Positions 28,391-38,053 of a DNA stretch of 64,000 bases are shown in pieces. The notes beneath the pieces are model-generated. The model was not told the DNA's origin. It ran no database searches and saw nothing but the letters and a program-made list of their open reading frames with translations. Position numbers and translations under genes: made by a program. This DNA comes from Planctomycetota bacterium (GTDB taxonomy: Bacteria > Planctomycetota > Phycisphaerae > UBA1845): contig JBBTCJ010000041.1 of the NCBI GenBank assembly GCA_038043285.1, positions 13,826-77,825 on the forward strand. The letters are read 5' to 3'. Numbering within the stretch: position 1 is the stretch's first letter; every line of letters begins with the position of its first letter.

Positions 28391-31321
28391 TTGAGTTCAT
28401 CGTTCTGTGGAATCCGTGGTCCGCGGCGAGGCTGCTCGAGCGCTCGCGCGGCATTCGCGTTGGTCGTCTGGTTCACCGGATGCGCAAGCTCTCCCGGTGC
28501 ACCGATAGAAACGGGCGCTCGGGTGCAGACCTCTTACACGACCCCGTACGCCGACGAGTCCACGTTGGATCCGAAGATTCCCAATCCGGAATCGGTCATC
28601 GAACATGCCGTCGGCGACGCCGCCGTGCGATACGACGCTTTGGTCCGCTACCTTCAAGCGCTGGACGTCGCCTCGCCGCTGGTCTCGATGACGCCGCACG
28701 GCACGACTCACGAAGGACGCACGCTCTATCATGTGACCATCACCAGCGAAGCGAACTTCAAGAAGCTGGACCAGATCAAGGCCGACAACGCCCGGCTTGC
28801 CGACCCGCGAACGCTATCTGACCCGGCTGAGGTCGAACGGATCGTCGACTCGCTGCCCGGCATCGCCTGGATGGCCTATTCGATCCACGGTGATGAGTTG
28901 TCCGGTTGCGATGCAGCGGTGCAGGTCGCCTACCAACTGGCGGCCGGAACCGACGAGACCACGCGCCGATTGCGCGATGAATTGGTCATCCACATTGATC
29001 CGCTGCAAAACCCCGATGGAAGAGAGCGCTACCTCAGTCAACTTCAACATCTGACCGGCAAGGTTCCCAACACCGACTACCAGGCCATGCAACACGGCGG
29101 TCTGTGGTCCGCGGGACGCGGCAACCACTATCTTTTCGATCTCAACCGTGATTGGCTCATGCAGGTCCACCCTGAAACGCAAGGTCGCGTGGCGGCAATC
29201 CTGGAGTGGCATCCGCATCTCCTGGTCGACGGACACGAGATGGGATCGCTGGACACCTACCTTTTCGACCCGCCGCGCGAGCCGATCAACGGGAACCTCT
29301 CGGAGAACAACCTCAAGTGGCGTCGCCTGTTTTCCGGCGCGCAGGCCGAGGCCTTCGACAAGCATGGTTGGAGCTACTACACCCAGGAATGGTACGAGGA
29401 GTGGTACCCCGGTTACACCAACGCCCTGGCCAACCTCTTCGGAGCCGTGGGCATCCTGTACGAGCAGGCAGGCGTGAATGCCGCTGCGGTCAAACAGGCC
29501 TCCGGCCAAGTTTTGACCTACCGCGAGGCGGTTCATCACCAGCTCGTCAGCACGCTTGCCAACCTCGAAACACTTCGAGCCAACCGCAAGGCCGTCCTTC
29601 GCGATTTCTTCGACGACCGAAAATGGTCGGCAGCCCCGCACGCCACGGAACAGGAGGTTTTCCTGCTTCCTCCACATGAAGACCACGGCCGCGTGACGAG
29701 GTTCAGCGACTTGCTCGCGCGGACGGGAATCGAATTCGGTTTCGCGACGACACCGTTCGCCGCCGAAAACGTCCGATCCCTATGGGGTGAACGATCGGAG
29801 CGTGTCGAACTTCCGGCGGGAACGATGATCGTCCGCGCCGCCCAGCCCAATCGACGCTGGCTTACCGCGATCCTCGAGTTCGATCCGCGCACCTCGGATG
29901 CCTTCCTCATTGAGGAGCGGAAAAGCCTGGAAAACCACCGTGGCACCCGAATCTATGACGTGACCGGTTGGAACGTAGCCATGTCGCTGGGACTTCCCGC
30001 GTATTGGGCCGCTGACGTTCCAGATGTCCCGACCCAAAGGCGGCGGGATGCGAGCAGCGCATCCATTCCGGACGCGAAGGCGACCTATGGCTACTTGATT
30101 GACGCCCGTGATTCCGCACTCTACCCAATGCTTGGCCGACTCCTGGAGCAGGACGCCAAGGTCCGCATCGCCCGCAAGCCGTTTCGAGCCAAAGGGCGCG
30201 ACTATCGCCCGGGCGCGGTACTCGTGCGCAATCACGAGAATGCGCCGGGAATCCTCGCATCGCTTCTGCCAATCGCAAAAGAACTGAATTTAGAAGTAGT
30301 GGCCCTGGACACTGCATTGAGCCAGTCTGGACCCGACCTCGGCGGCAACGAGTTTGATCTGCTGAGCGTTCCGCGCGTGGCGATCGCATCCCAATGGCCC
30401 ATCGACACGACCTCGTTTGGAGCCGTCTGGCACTTGCTCGACGCGCGCGTCGGTTTGCGGGCCTCCCCGGTCAACGTCCACTATCTGGGGGGCGTGGATT
30501 TGCGAACCTACAACGTCCTCGTGCTTCCGGATTGTTGGGGCGCTTCGACGCTTGCCGGTGTGTTGCCTGACGGCATCCGCACCCAGTTGCGCGAATGGGT
30601 GGAGTCCGGCGGGACGCTCATCGCCCTCGGATCCGCGGCCGCGTTCGTCGCCGACAAGGACGTCAACCTCAGCGCCGTTCGCAACAAGCAGGACGTGTTG
30701 GATAAGCTGGACGTCTATACGGAGTCGCTTCAGCGCGAAAGCTCCGCCCGCGCCGTAAGCGTGGATCCGTCGCGCGTCTGGGCCGCGCCGTTGCCGACGC
30801 CCGTCGGCGCCCCATCGCACGGGGCTGCCAAGGGGGACGGCGCCGCAGAATCCTCGGGAACTAAGCAGGTTCCGCCCGCGCCGACGCCGGAGCCGACCGG
30901 CAAGCCCGGCGACGTCGAGAAACTGAAACGGGACGACGCCTGGCAGAGGCTCTTTAGCCCGCACGGCGTCTTCGTGGCTGCCGCGCTGGATCCAGAGCAT
31001 TGGCTGACCTTTGGCCTCGATGACAAGCTGTCCGTGCTCATCGACGGATCCAACGCCTTCATGGCGAGTTTCCCCGTGGGCGTGCCGGCACGGCTGGTCA
31101 GTGAGGAGCAGTTGCGTCTTTCGGGTCTGATGTGGCCCGAGGCCAGGCAACGATGGGCGAACACCGCGTACGCGACCGTGGAACGTCGAGGCCGCGGACA
31201 GATCATCCTCTTTGCCAGTGACCCGGCTTTCCGCGGCTACCTCGACGGATCCACCCGGCTGCTGCTCAATGCGATCCTGTTTGGTCCCGGCATGGGGGCT
31301 TCGCAGCCGGTTCCGTGGTAG
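28391..31321 (+). CDS. M14-family zinc carboxypeptidase-like lipoprotein with C-terminal glutamine-amidotransferase-like domain
   Basis: 'WMAYSIHGDELSG' carries the HxxE zinc motif of M14 peptidases. The C-terminal 'YNVLVLPD...GGTLIALG' resembles a class-I GATase fold. I prefer TTG 28391, with GAGGAGG 6 nt upstream, which gives the lipobox 'ALVVWFTGC'. The track start is ATG 28277. Confidence 0.7.
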   Translation: MSSSFCGIRGPRRGCSSARAAFALVVWFTGCASSPGAPIETGARVQTSYTTPYADESTLDPKIPNPESVIEHAVGDAAVRYDALVRYLQALDVASPLVSMTPHGTTHEGRTLYHVTITSEANFKKLDQIKADNARLADPRTLSDPAEVERIVDSLPGIAWMAYSIHGDELSGCDAAVQVAYQLAAGTDETTRRLRDELVIHIDPLQNPDGRERYLSQLQHLTGKVPNTDYQAMQHGGLWSAGRGNHYLFDLNRDWLMQVHPETQGRVAAILEWHPHLLVDGHEMGSLDTYLFDPPREPINGNLSENNLKWRRLFSGAQAEAFDKHGWSYYTQEWYEEWYPGYTNALANLFGAVGILYEQAGVNAAAVKQASGQVLTYREAVHHQLVSTLANLETLRANRKAVLRDFFDDRKWSAAPHATEQEVFLLPPHEDHGRVTRFSDLLARTGIEFGFATTPFAAENVRSLWGERSERVELPAGTMIVRAAQPNRRWLTAILEFDPRTSDAFLIEERKSLENHRGTRIYDVTGWNVAMSLGLPAYWAADVPDVPTQRRRDASSASIPDAKATYGYLIDARDSALYPMLGRLLEQDAKVRIARKPFRAKGRDYRPGAVLVRNHENAPGILASLLPIAKELNLEVVALDTALSQSGPDLGGNEFDLLSVPRVAIASQWPIDTTSFGAVWHLLDARVGLRASPVNVHYLGGVDLRTYNVLVLPDCWGASTLAGVLPDGIRTQLREWVESGGTLIALGSAAAFVADKDVNLSAVRNKQDVLDKLDVYTESLQRESSARAVSVDPSRVWAAPLPTPVGAPSHGAAKGDGAAESSGTKQVPPAPTPEPTGKPGDVEKLKRDDAWQRLFSPHGVFVAAALDPEHWLTFGLDDKLSVLIDGSNAFMASFPVGVPARLVSEEQLRLSGLMWPEARQRWANTAYATVERRGRGQIILFASDPAFRGYLDGSTRLLLNAILFGPGMGASQPVPW

Positions 31322-31370
31322 GCCTGTTCCCGCAGCGTCAGTGCCGGGTATTTCCGGCGGAGCAGACTGC

Positions 31371-31991
31371 ATGATCTACGACATCAGCCCCCCCATCGGC
31401 CCGTCGCTGAAGGTATGGCCGGGCGACACGCCGCCGACGCGCGAGGTACTTTGTGACTTGCGCAAGGGCGACGGCATCACGCTCTCCACGCTGCGCGCCA
31501 CGGTGCATCTGGGCGCGCATGCCGACGCTCCGAGTCATTACGGCCTCGACGACGTGTCAATCGACGAGCGCCCCCTCGATCTGTACCTCGGTCCATGCCA
31601 GGTTGTCCGGGTTCCGGCCAAACGGGGTGAGCGGATCGGGCCGGGGGATCTTCCCACTCGGATCCGCGCGGAGCGCGTGCTCTTCGCGACCGGAACCTAC
31701 CCGGATCCGACGCTCTTCAACAAGGACTTTGCCGCGTTTGCCCCAGAGCTGATTGACGCATTGCATGACCAGGGAGTTCGCCTGATCGGAATCGACACCC
31801 CCAGCGTTGACCTGTTCGATTCCAAGGATCTGCCGACTCATCGGCGGATTCTTGCGCACGACATGGCAATCCTGGAGGTGCTAGTCCTGGAGAGCGTGCC
31901 AGAAGGAGTCTACGAGTTGATTGCGTTGCCGCTGAGGCTCGTCGGGTTTGACGCCAGTCCGGTGCGCGCGATCCTACGTTCACTTCCGTGA
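31371..31991 (+). CDS. kynB: kynurenine formamidase / cyclase-family arylformamidase
   Basis: ATG 31371 gives 'MIYDISPPI...'. 'VHLGAHADAPSHY' is the HxGTHxDxPxH metal motif of cyclase-family formamidases. 206 aa. The track ORF from 31212 overlaps the M14 gene. Confidence 0.8.
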   Translation: MIYDISPPIGPSLKVWPGDTPPTREVLCDLRKGDGITLSTLRATVHLGAHADAPSHYGLDDVSIDERPLDLYLGPCQVVRVPAKRGERIGPGDLPTRIRAERVLFATGTYPDPTLFNKDFAAFAPELIDALHDQGVRLIGIDTPSVDLFDSKDLPTHRRILAHDMAILEVLVLESVPEGVYELIALPLRLVGFDASPVRAILRSLP

Positions 31992-32018
31992 TCCAACGGG
32001 CTCATGGGGGGCGATCCC

Positions 32019-34739
32019 TTACCCCCGTCCGAACCATCGCTTTTTCGGCTTCGCTTCGATCTTCTTTCCGACCTCTTGGGAAAGGATGGCAAGCAGTTCC
32101 GCTTCCGACTTGCTGGGGTTCAACCGACGAAGCATCCGCAAGCGATTGGCGGTGTCCGCGTCGAGATCCAGCGAGATCGACGACTGCGGCATAACCGGCT
32201 GTTCCCGTTCATCCTGCGCCTTCTTGGCCGTCTGGAGCGACTCGCGCGTGACTTTGGTTGGTTGGGCCGCCCCCTTCCGTTTGGCGACGCTTGCGGCGTG
32301 TCCGGAGGCAGCCGTGGCCGCCAGTTTTGGCTTTGCCGCCGGTTTCGGTTGTGCGACCAGCAGCCTCTCTGCTTCAACCTCGGCCTTGGCCGCTGCCAGC
32401 GCTTCCCTCATCGCCGCGGCTTGGGAAACCTCCGGGTCGAACTCCCCGGCAACCTCACAGACCGTCGCCTCCGTATCAACTCGACCATCGGTAACCGCCT
32501 CAGCCGTCTCACCAACAGCCAGATTGGATTCCCCGGAACCTCCAACTTCCTTTGTCTCCGGCATGGGCGCACCACGATAGTCCGCCCAGAATTCGGCAAC
32601 CGCCGAATGTACCGACGAATGCGATGCGGCGATCATTGAGGTCGCACCGCTCGCGCCGCTTGGTTTCCCCTCGACCTCTTCAAGAAGGGCGAGAACTTCA
32701 TGCTCGCGTCTCTCGATCTCCGCCAGCTTGGCTTGAAGTGCGCCCTGATCTCGCGCCGTTTGCGCCAGCGTTTGCTCGGCATGCCTACTTGCTTCTGCAA
32801 TGGCCTGCTCCGCTTCGGTCCGCGCCTTGGCAACCAACTCATAGGCTTCTGAGCGTACTTGCGCGACCGCCTGCTCCGCCTCGGCTCGAACTTGCCTCAT
32901 CTGCCCCTCGGCCGTTTCCTGCGCCTGCACAACCGCATGGCCCGCCGAGTTTTTCGCGGCTTCCTGGAACGCCGCCGCCCCGGCGAGTTTGCGTGACATC
33001 TCCTCGACATGTTGGCTCGCCTGGACACGCGCCGCGGCAACGACCTGAGCGGCCTGCTCCTTCGCCGCCCGGACCTCGCCTTGCGCCTCATCGGCGGCCC
33101 GTGTCGCTTGCGCCGCTTGATCCCGAGTCGCGGCGATGGCCGACTCGAGTTCCCCAACGCGCTTTCGCGAGGCCTCAAGTTCCAGCCGCACGGCGGCCGC
33201 TTCCGAGCTGACCCGCGCGGTCTCGCGTTGACGCGCTTCCTCGACCTCCCTGGCAACCGACTGCGCCTCAGCGATCGCCTGCTTATCGTTGTTCAGACTG
33301 TGCAGGGTCGCCTGGAGCCTCGCCTGCTGTTGCCCCAGCTCGACCTCCCGGGCCGCGACAACCTCCGCGTGCTTCGCCGACTCGGCCGTCCGGCGCTCGA
33401 GGTCGGCCGTCCGTGCCGCGAGTTCCCGCTCAACTCGGACCAGTTCCGCCGCCTTATCGTCGAGCGACTTTCGCGTCGCCGCGGCCTGGTCCCCCGACTG
33501 CTTCACTTGTGCCGCGCGAGCCTCAGTTTCCTCGGAGAGGGATCGCAGCACCACCTCCTGGTTCTTTCGCTCCTCGGAGAGCTTCGCCAGCGCCTGTTCT
33601 CGCTCTTCCAGCGCCGCGATCGATGACTCAAGATCGCGCTGGCGCATGGCGAGATTCGTCGCGGCCGCGGAATGCTCTCGTTCCCGTTCCATGACCAAAT
33701 CGGCGCGGCTCTTCGCCTCCGCCGCCGCGGCCTCCATTCCGGCCGCCCGCTGATCGAGGGCCTTGGCGCGGGCCTCCAGTTCCGCTGTTTGCTGCTCAAG
33801 TTGCGCCAGCTTGCCTGCCAGCGACTCGTGCTCCCTCGCCAGGCTCGCCTCGCTGCTTTGCAGGACAGTTGTCCGCGATTCCAACTCTTCTTCCACAGTC
33901 TTCAGGCGACCGTCACGCTCATCAAGTTTCCGCTCCGACTGGACGGCGCGCGCATCGTGCTCGGCACGGTTCCGCTCGAGGTCCGCGACCGCCTCCTCGA
34001 TCCGCGCCCGGCGGTCGTCGATCTCGGAGGCCAGGCGATCCAACTCCTCGGACCGCCGTGTTAGCGAGCTGTTCAGCTCGCCGAGATCCTTCCGTTTCCC
34101 TTCGAGTTCGACGGTCTGCTGTTCGATGGCCTCCCGAAGCGACGCAACCTCGTCGAGCGAACCGCCAACGTCGCGAGCGCGCCGTTCCAGCGCGTCCCTT
34201 TCCGAGGCAAGCTCAGCCGCTTTCCGGGCCAACTCCTTTCGCTGCTGATCCAGCTCGCCAGCGAGGCGGTTGAGTTCGCCGTCCCTGGAATCCAGGTTCG
34301 CTGCCCGCCGTTGCAACTCCGCCTCGACCTGCGTCGCCTGACGGTCGCGCTCGGACGCCTCGGATGTTCGGGCGCGAGCCTCCTCGCTCAGTTCGCGTGT
34401 TCGACATTGCAGATCTTGAGCGCGGGCATTGAACTCCGCTTCCAGCTCGCGGAGTTCGCCGACCTTGCCGTCAAGCTCCTTCTCACGCGCCGTCAGAGCG
34501 CGATCTTTCTGTTGCCGCTCGGTCTCGCGGTCCTTCAGCGCCCGTTCGCGATTCGCAACTTCAGCCGAAAGTTCCTCGATCCGCGCCTGAGCCGCCGCCG
34601 CTTGATCGTCATGACCGCGCCGGAACTCCGCCGACCAATCGCCAAGCCGCTGCTGATAGCGATCGACTCCCTCCTCGAACGCAATCACCGCAGCGTCAAC
34701 GGCTGCAAGCAACTCACTTTGCGGATTGGGTTTCACCAT
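32019..34739 (-). CDS. 906-aa long coiled-coil protein (E/A/R/Q-rich), no TM or signal peptide
   Basis: ATG start. About 650 aa form a continuous heptad-like charged sequence ('ELDQQRKELARKAAELASERDALERRARD...'). A less regular acidic or Ala/Lys-rich tail follows, ending 'KKRWFGRG'. Confidence 0.7.
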   Translation of the reverse strand: MVKPNPQSELLAAVDAAVIAFEEGVDRYQQRLGDWSAEFRRGHDDQAAAAQARIEELSAEVANRERALKDRETERQQKDRALTAREKELDGKVGELRELEAEFNARAQDLQCRTRELSEEARARTSEASERDRQATQVEAELQRRAANLDSRDGELNRLAGELDQQRKELARKAAELASERDALERRARDVGGSLDEVASLREAIEQQTVELEGKRKDLGELNSSLTRRSEELDRLASEIDDRRARIEEAVADLERNRAEHDARAVQSERKLDERDGRLKTVEEELESRTTVLQSSEASLAREHESLAGKLAQLEQQTAELEARAKALDQRAAGMEAAAAEAKSRADLVMEREREHSAAATNLAMRQRDLESSIAALEEREQALAKLSEERKNQEVVLRSLSEETEARAAQVKQSGDQAAATRKSLDDKAAELVRVERELAARTADLERRTAESAKHAEVVAAREVELGQQQARLQATLHSLNNDKQAIAEAQSVAREVEEARQRETARVSSEAAAVRLELEASRKRVGELESAIAATRDQAAQATRAADEAQGEVRAAKEQAAQVVAAARVQASQHVEEMSRKLAGAAAFQEAAKNSAGHAVVQAQETAEGQMRQVRAEAEQAVAQVRSEAYELVAKARTEAEQAIAEASRHAEQTLAQTARDQGALQAKLAEIERREHEVLALLEEVEGKPSGASGATSMIAASHSSVHSAVAEFWADYRGAPMPETKEVGGSGESNLAVGETAEAVTDGRVDTEATVCEVAGEFDPEVSQAAAMREALAAAKAEVEAERLLVAQPKPAAKPKLAATAASGHAASVAKRKGAAQPTKVTRESLQTAKKAQDEREQPVMPQSSISLDLDADTANRLRMLRRLNPSKSEAELLAILSQEVGKKIEAKPKKRWFGRG

Positions 34740-35020
34740 GAATGTTCGCTTCGCCGGGTTTCAGGATACCAACGGTTCACGCGACCGCGAGGGCGAAGGC
34801 GTCGGTCGAAAGCCCTCGCAAGCGGTCAGGCCTTCCAAGTCTACATTCCGCGTGTTTGCGCAATCGCTGCGCCTCGCCGACACATGCCCTTCTCGACGAT
34901 GCGGGATTATCGGCGCAAAGTGTCGCCGCCCGCGCTCCCCCGATGTGAATGTCATGGGCTTGGCATTCCAGTAGCCCGCCAAAACCAGCGACCACCGGCA
35001 ACGTCCGATCAGGCGTACAG

Positions 35021-35047
35021 GATTCCGCGGGAAAAATTCCGCGAATC
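35021..35047. promoter_or_regulatory. imperfect inverted repeat/hairpin in the divergent intergenic region
   Basis: GATTC-C-GCGG gaaaaatt CCGC-GAATC: 9 paired bases with one bulge. It also reads as a direct repeat ATTCCGCG-N6-ATTCCGCG. It lies ~140 nt upstream of the 35187 start, with TTGACT at 35054-35059 just downstream. Confidence 0.25.
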
Positions 35048-35186
35048 GTACACTTGACTCCGCCGACGCGACCTCTGGCACGCACGCCCGATGGAAGCGC
35101 ATTGCCTCACGCAACCGTATGGTCGTCAACCGGCGTCTCCTGCGCCGAAGTCTTAAGACGCAGGGATTAGATTTGGGAACGACAAC

Positions 35187-36005
35187 GTGATCTCAGCGCA
35201 AGAAAACAACCCAGACGGCGTTCGACCGCACGACGGGGAGGTACGCGAACTGGCGTCCCAGGCCGTCGCCGCCATGCGTGCGGCCCAGGAGAAGCTGCAC
35301 GCCGATGCCGTCGCCCTCGCTGACCAGCGGGAACAACTCGAACTTCGCCGCGTTGAGCTGGATGAACGAACCGCCGAGGTTGCACAAAGGCAACAGGAGT
35401 GTGATCAGCGGATGGAAGAATCCACCCGCGAGCGCAACGAACTCAACCAGGAACAGTCCGCCCTCCAGATCGCCAGGACGCAGCTCGACGACGAGGCATC
35501 ACGGCTGGCCACCGAAAGGCAGAGAATCCACCTGGATGCCGACAAGCTCGACAAAGACCGCCGATCGCAGGCCGCCGCAGCCGACGCGCTGACTCAGCGA
35601 GAGCAGGTTCTCACAAGTTCTCGCAGCGAACTGGATGCCGAACTTCGATCGCTCGAACCTCAGAGGGCTGAGCTTCACCGAATGCGACAGCAGCTCGAAG
35701 CCCAATCCCAGCAGCTGCACGCCCAGGCCGCGGAGCTTACTAAGACTCGCGAAGGCCTCGCGGCAATGCAATCCCAGCTCAACAAGGATCACCAACAGGT
35801 CGCCGAGCAGCGAGAGGAGCTGTTGCAGCGACTCGATGCTCTTCCGGCGCACTGCGAGCCGGCGGATCAGAGACACCCGTCCGCGCTGCAACCGTGGACT
35901 CACGCCCAGGAACTCGGCAACGTCACAAGCCCGAAGCCCGCTGCCGCTGTCGATCAGTTCCGGAAGCTGCGGCGGGACGCCAAGCGAAGAGTCATTGGAG
36001 TATAG
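35187..36005 (+). CDS. 272-aa coiled-coil protein, probable first gene of the FGE-fold/GTPase operon
   Basis: GTG start with a weak RBS. ATG 35274 is an alternative start. The sequence is a Q/E/R/L-rich heptad-like pattern ('ELRSLEPQRAELHRMRQQLEAQSQQLHAQAAEL') with a basic tail 'FRKLRRDAKRRVIGV'. It ends 38 nt before the next gene. Confidence 0.6.
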   Translation: MISAQENNPDGVRPHDGEVRELASQAVAAMRAAQEKLHADAVALADQREQLELRRVELDERTAEVAQRQQECDQRMEESTRERNELNQEQSALQIARTQLDDEASRLATERQRIHLDADKLDKDRRSQAAAADALTQREQVLTSSRSELDAELRSLEPQRAELHRMRQQLEAQSQQLHAQAAELTKTREGLAAMQSQLNKDHQQVAEQREELLQRLDALPAHCEPADQRHPSALQPWTHAQELGNVTSPKPAAAVDQFRKLRRDAKRRVIGV

Positions 36006-36043
36006 CGTTTACGGATACCTTCGATTCACCACGGAGCCGGACC

Positions 36044-37069
36044 ATGGTCCTGGGACTTTTCTCACGCACGAAGCAAGCGGATCGAACGGCGCGCCCCAAG
36101 AAGGGCGCGGAGGAGCTTTCGCCCAAAGAGCAGAAGGTTGCTACCTTCCAGCCGATTCCGTACGAAAGTTTCGACGTCCATCCGCTCAAGCGCATGTTCC
36201 AGCAGGGACGTCATGCCATGGTCCTGCAAGAGGCGCCCAATCATGCGGATGATCCTGAGGTTCTGCAGATCGTCGACAGTGCGAAACAGGAATTGGAACA
36301 GCGCATGGCGTTGGTCCCATCCGGATCGGCGGAAATCCCACAGACCCTGGGCGCCGCCGCTGGAGCCGCCGAAGAGCAGGTGGCGATCGAACCCTTCCTG
36401 CTGGACGTCCACTGCGTCACCAACGCCCGCTTTCAGAAATTCGTGGACGCCGGCGGCTATGACGCGCTGGAGTACTGGCCCGAGGAAATCTGGCCTCACT
36501 TGATTGAACTGAAGGATCTCACCGCCCAACCTGGACCACGGTTCTGGCGCCAGGGACGATGCGATCAACGCCTCGCGGACCATCCGGTGGTCGGGATCAG
36601 TTGGTACGAGGCACAGGCGTTCGCCCTCTGGGCCGGCATGCGCCTCCCCACCGAGGCGGAGTGGCAGATGGCCGCCTCGTGGCATCTGAACAGTTCCACC
36701 GACATCATGCGCCGCTACCCGTGGGGCGACGCCATGGACCGAAACAAATGCAACATCTGGGCCTCGCGCGTCGCGGGAACCGTCCCGGTCAACAAGTACC
36801 CCAACGGCGCCGCCCCCAACCACGTACTACAACTCGTGGGCAACGTCTGGGAGTGGACGGACACCGAGTTCACCATCACCGACGACGAGGGGCGACCGAT
36901 CGTCGGCGAAATGCCCATGCACGTCGTTCGCGGCGGCGCGTTCGACACCTATTTCGAGATGCAGGCGACCTCGCAGTTCCGCACCGGCCAACTCGCGTTG
37001 GCCCGCACTCACAACACCAGCCTGCGCTGCACCATGGATCTCAAGAACGCCACCTGGATCAACGGATAA
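36044..37069 (+). CDS. cytoplasmic FGE-sulfatase-domain (C-type-lectin-fold) protein, apparently non-catalytic
   Basis: ATG 36044 preceded by GGAG. 'ISWYEAQAFALWAGMRLPTEAEWQ', 'GNVWEWT' and 'VRGGAF' are FGE/SUMF1-domain signatures. The segment after RGG ('AFDTYFEMQATSQFRTG') lacks the paired cysteines of catalytic FGEs. There is no signal peptide. The first ~140 aa have no recognisable family. Confidence 0.8.
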   Translation: MVLGLFSRTKQADRTARPKKGAEELSPKEQKVATFQPIPYESFDVHPLKRMFQQGRHAMVLQEAPNHADDPEVLQIVDSAKQELEQRMALVPSGSAEIPQTLGAAAGAAEEQVAIEPFLLDVHCVTNARFQKFVDAGGYDALEYWPEEIWPHLIELKDLTAQPGPRFWRQGRCDQRLADHPVVGISWYEAQAFALWAGMRLPTEAEWQMAASWHLNSSTDIMRRYPWGDAMDRNKCNIWASRVAGTVPVNKYPNGAAPNHVLQLVGNVWEWTDTEFTITDDEGRPIVGEMPMHVVRGGAFDTYFEMQATSQFRTGQLALARTHNTSLRCTMDLKNATWING

Positions 37070-37093
37070 CCCGACCCACCCGGAGACTTCGCC

Positions 37094-37972
37094 GTGACCA
37101 CCGCCACGCTTGCGAAAACCAGTCTGCCTTGCCTCATCTGCGAGACGAAGAACGCGCACGAAGCCGTCGTGTGTACCTCCTGTGGCGCGCCGATGGCCCT
37201 CATTCAGGAAGCCGTCATCCAGGACCGCGACCCCTGTATCGTCACGGTTCTCGGCGACAGCAACGTCGGCAAGACCGTCTTTCTGGGCATGTTGCTCGAC
37301 ATGCTCTCCAAGCGCGCGGAGGACTACGAGGCCGTCCCCAAAGGCGCTTACTCGGTCAATCTGCAGCACAACGTCATCACCCACCTGTCCGCCCGGCAAT
37401 TCCCGCCGAAAACCGCCATGGAAGTCGACGATTGGCACTGGGCCTACTATCAAGTTTCGCATCGCAAATACGGATCGAGGATCTACGATCTGGTCATGCC
37501 GGACATGGCCGGCGAGGCGATCGCCGCCGAAGTCGCCAATCCCAAGACCTTTCAGGTCATCCGCTCGCTCCTGGAGAAAAGCGCCGGCGCCATCCTCTTG
37601 GTCGACGGAGCGATGGCCGCTGCCGGTTCTCCGCAGCCCGATTTTTTTGCCTTGAAGCTCATGAGTTACCTTGACGGCGTCGTGATCCGGAGGAAGTCCG
37701 AACGCATCAAGACGCCGGTGGCCATCGTGCTCTCCAAGGGCGACCACTGCCCGGAGTGTTTCGACGACCCACGGACGTTCGCCCAGACGAACCTCAATCG
37801 GCTGTGGAACATCTGCGAAACGCGCTTCGCCAACTTCGAAGTCTTCGCCGCCAGCGTGGTAGGCTCGCTGGGTTACGGGACCGACGGCCAGGAAACCGTC
37901 ATTCCCTATCCCCTGCACGTGGCTCCGCGGGGGATCCTTGAACCTTACGAGTGGGTGCTGTCGAAGCTCTAA
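37094..37972 (+). CDS. zinc-ribbon-fused small Ras-like P-loop GTPase
   Basis: GTG start with GGAG 8 nt upstream, 24 nt after the FGE-fold gene. The zinc ribbon is C13-x2-C16...C27-x2-C30. GTPase motifs are G1 'GDSNVGKT' (aa 54-61), G3 'DMAGE' (137-141), G4 'SKGD' (214-217) and a G5-like 'FAAS'. Confidence 0.75.
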   Translation: MTTATLAKTSLPCLICETKNAHEAVVCTSCGAPMALIQEAVIQDRDPCIVTVLGDSNVGKTVFLGMLLDMLSKRAEDYEAVPKGAYSVNLQHNVITHLSARQFPPKTAMEVDDWHWAYYQVSHRKYGSRIYDLVMPDMAGEAIAAEVANPKTFQVIRSLLEKSAGAILLVDGAMAAAGSPQPDFFALKLMSYLDGVVIRRKSERIKTPVAIVLSKGDHCPECFDDPRTFAQTNLNRLWNICETRFANFEVFAASVVGSLGYGTDGQETVIPYPLHVAPRGILEPYEWVLSKL

Positions 37973-38053
37973 CGATCGACCCTTCCGAATTCATTCAGTC
38001 GTCGGGGTCGGATGGAAGGACAACCGAGGGGACGAGGACGGAAAAGTCCAACG

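Noticed and set aside
34761-35129. 122-codon minus-strand ORF, plus overlapping small ORFs, in the divergent intergenic region between the coiled-coil genes
   Set aside because: Several mutually overlapping ORFs in different frames are present. None has an RBS or a recognisable motif. The region more likely holds promoters or operators.
36850-37069. Idea that the FGE-fold C-terminus is a diversity-generating-retroelement variable region
   Set aside because: No reverse transcriptase gene is in the window. I could find no second (template) copy of this segment by eye. The region has no adenine-specific substitution pattern. A proper self-alignment of the window and genome would be needed to exclude it fully.
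36827-37918. 363-codon minus-strand ORF opposite the FGE-fold and GTPase genes
   Set aside because: No motifs are present. The plus-strand genes carry clear family signatures and ribosome-binding sites. I treat it as an antisense shadow ORF.
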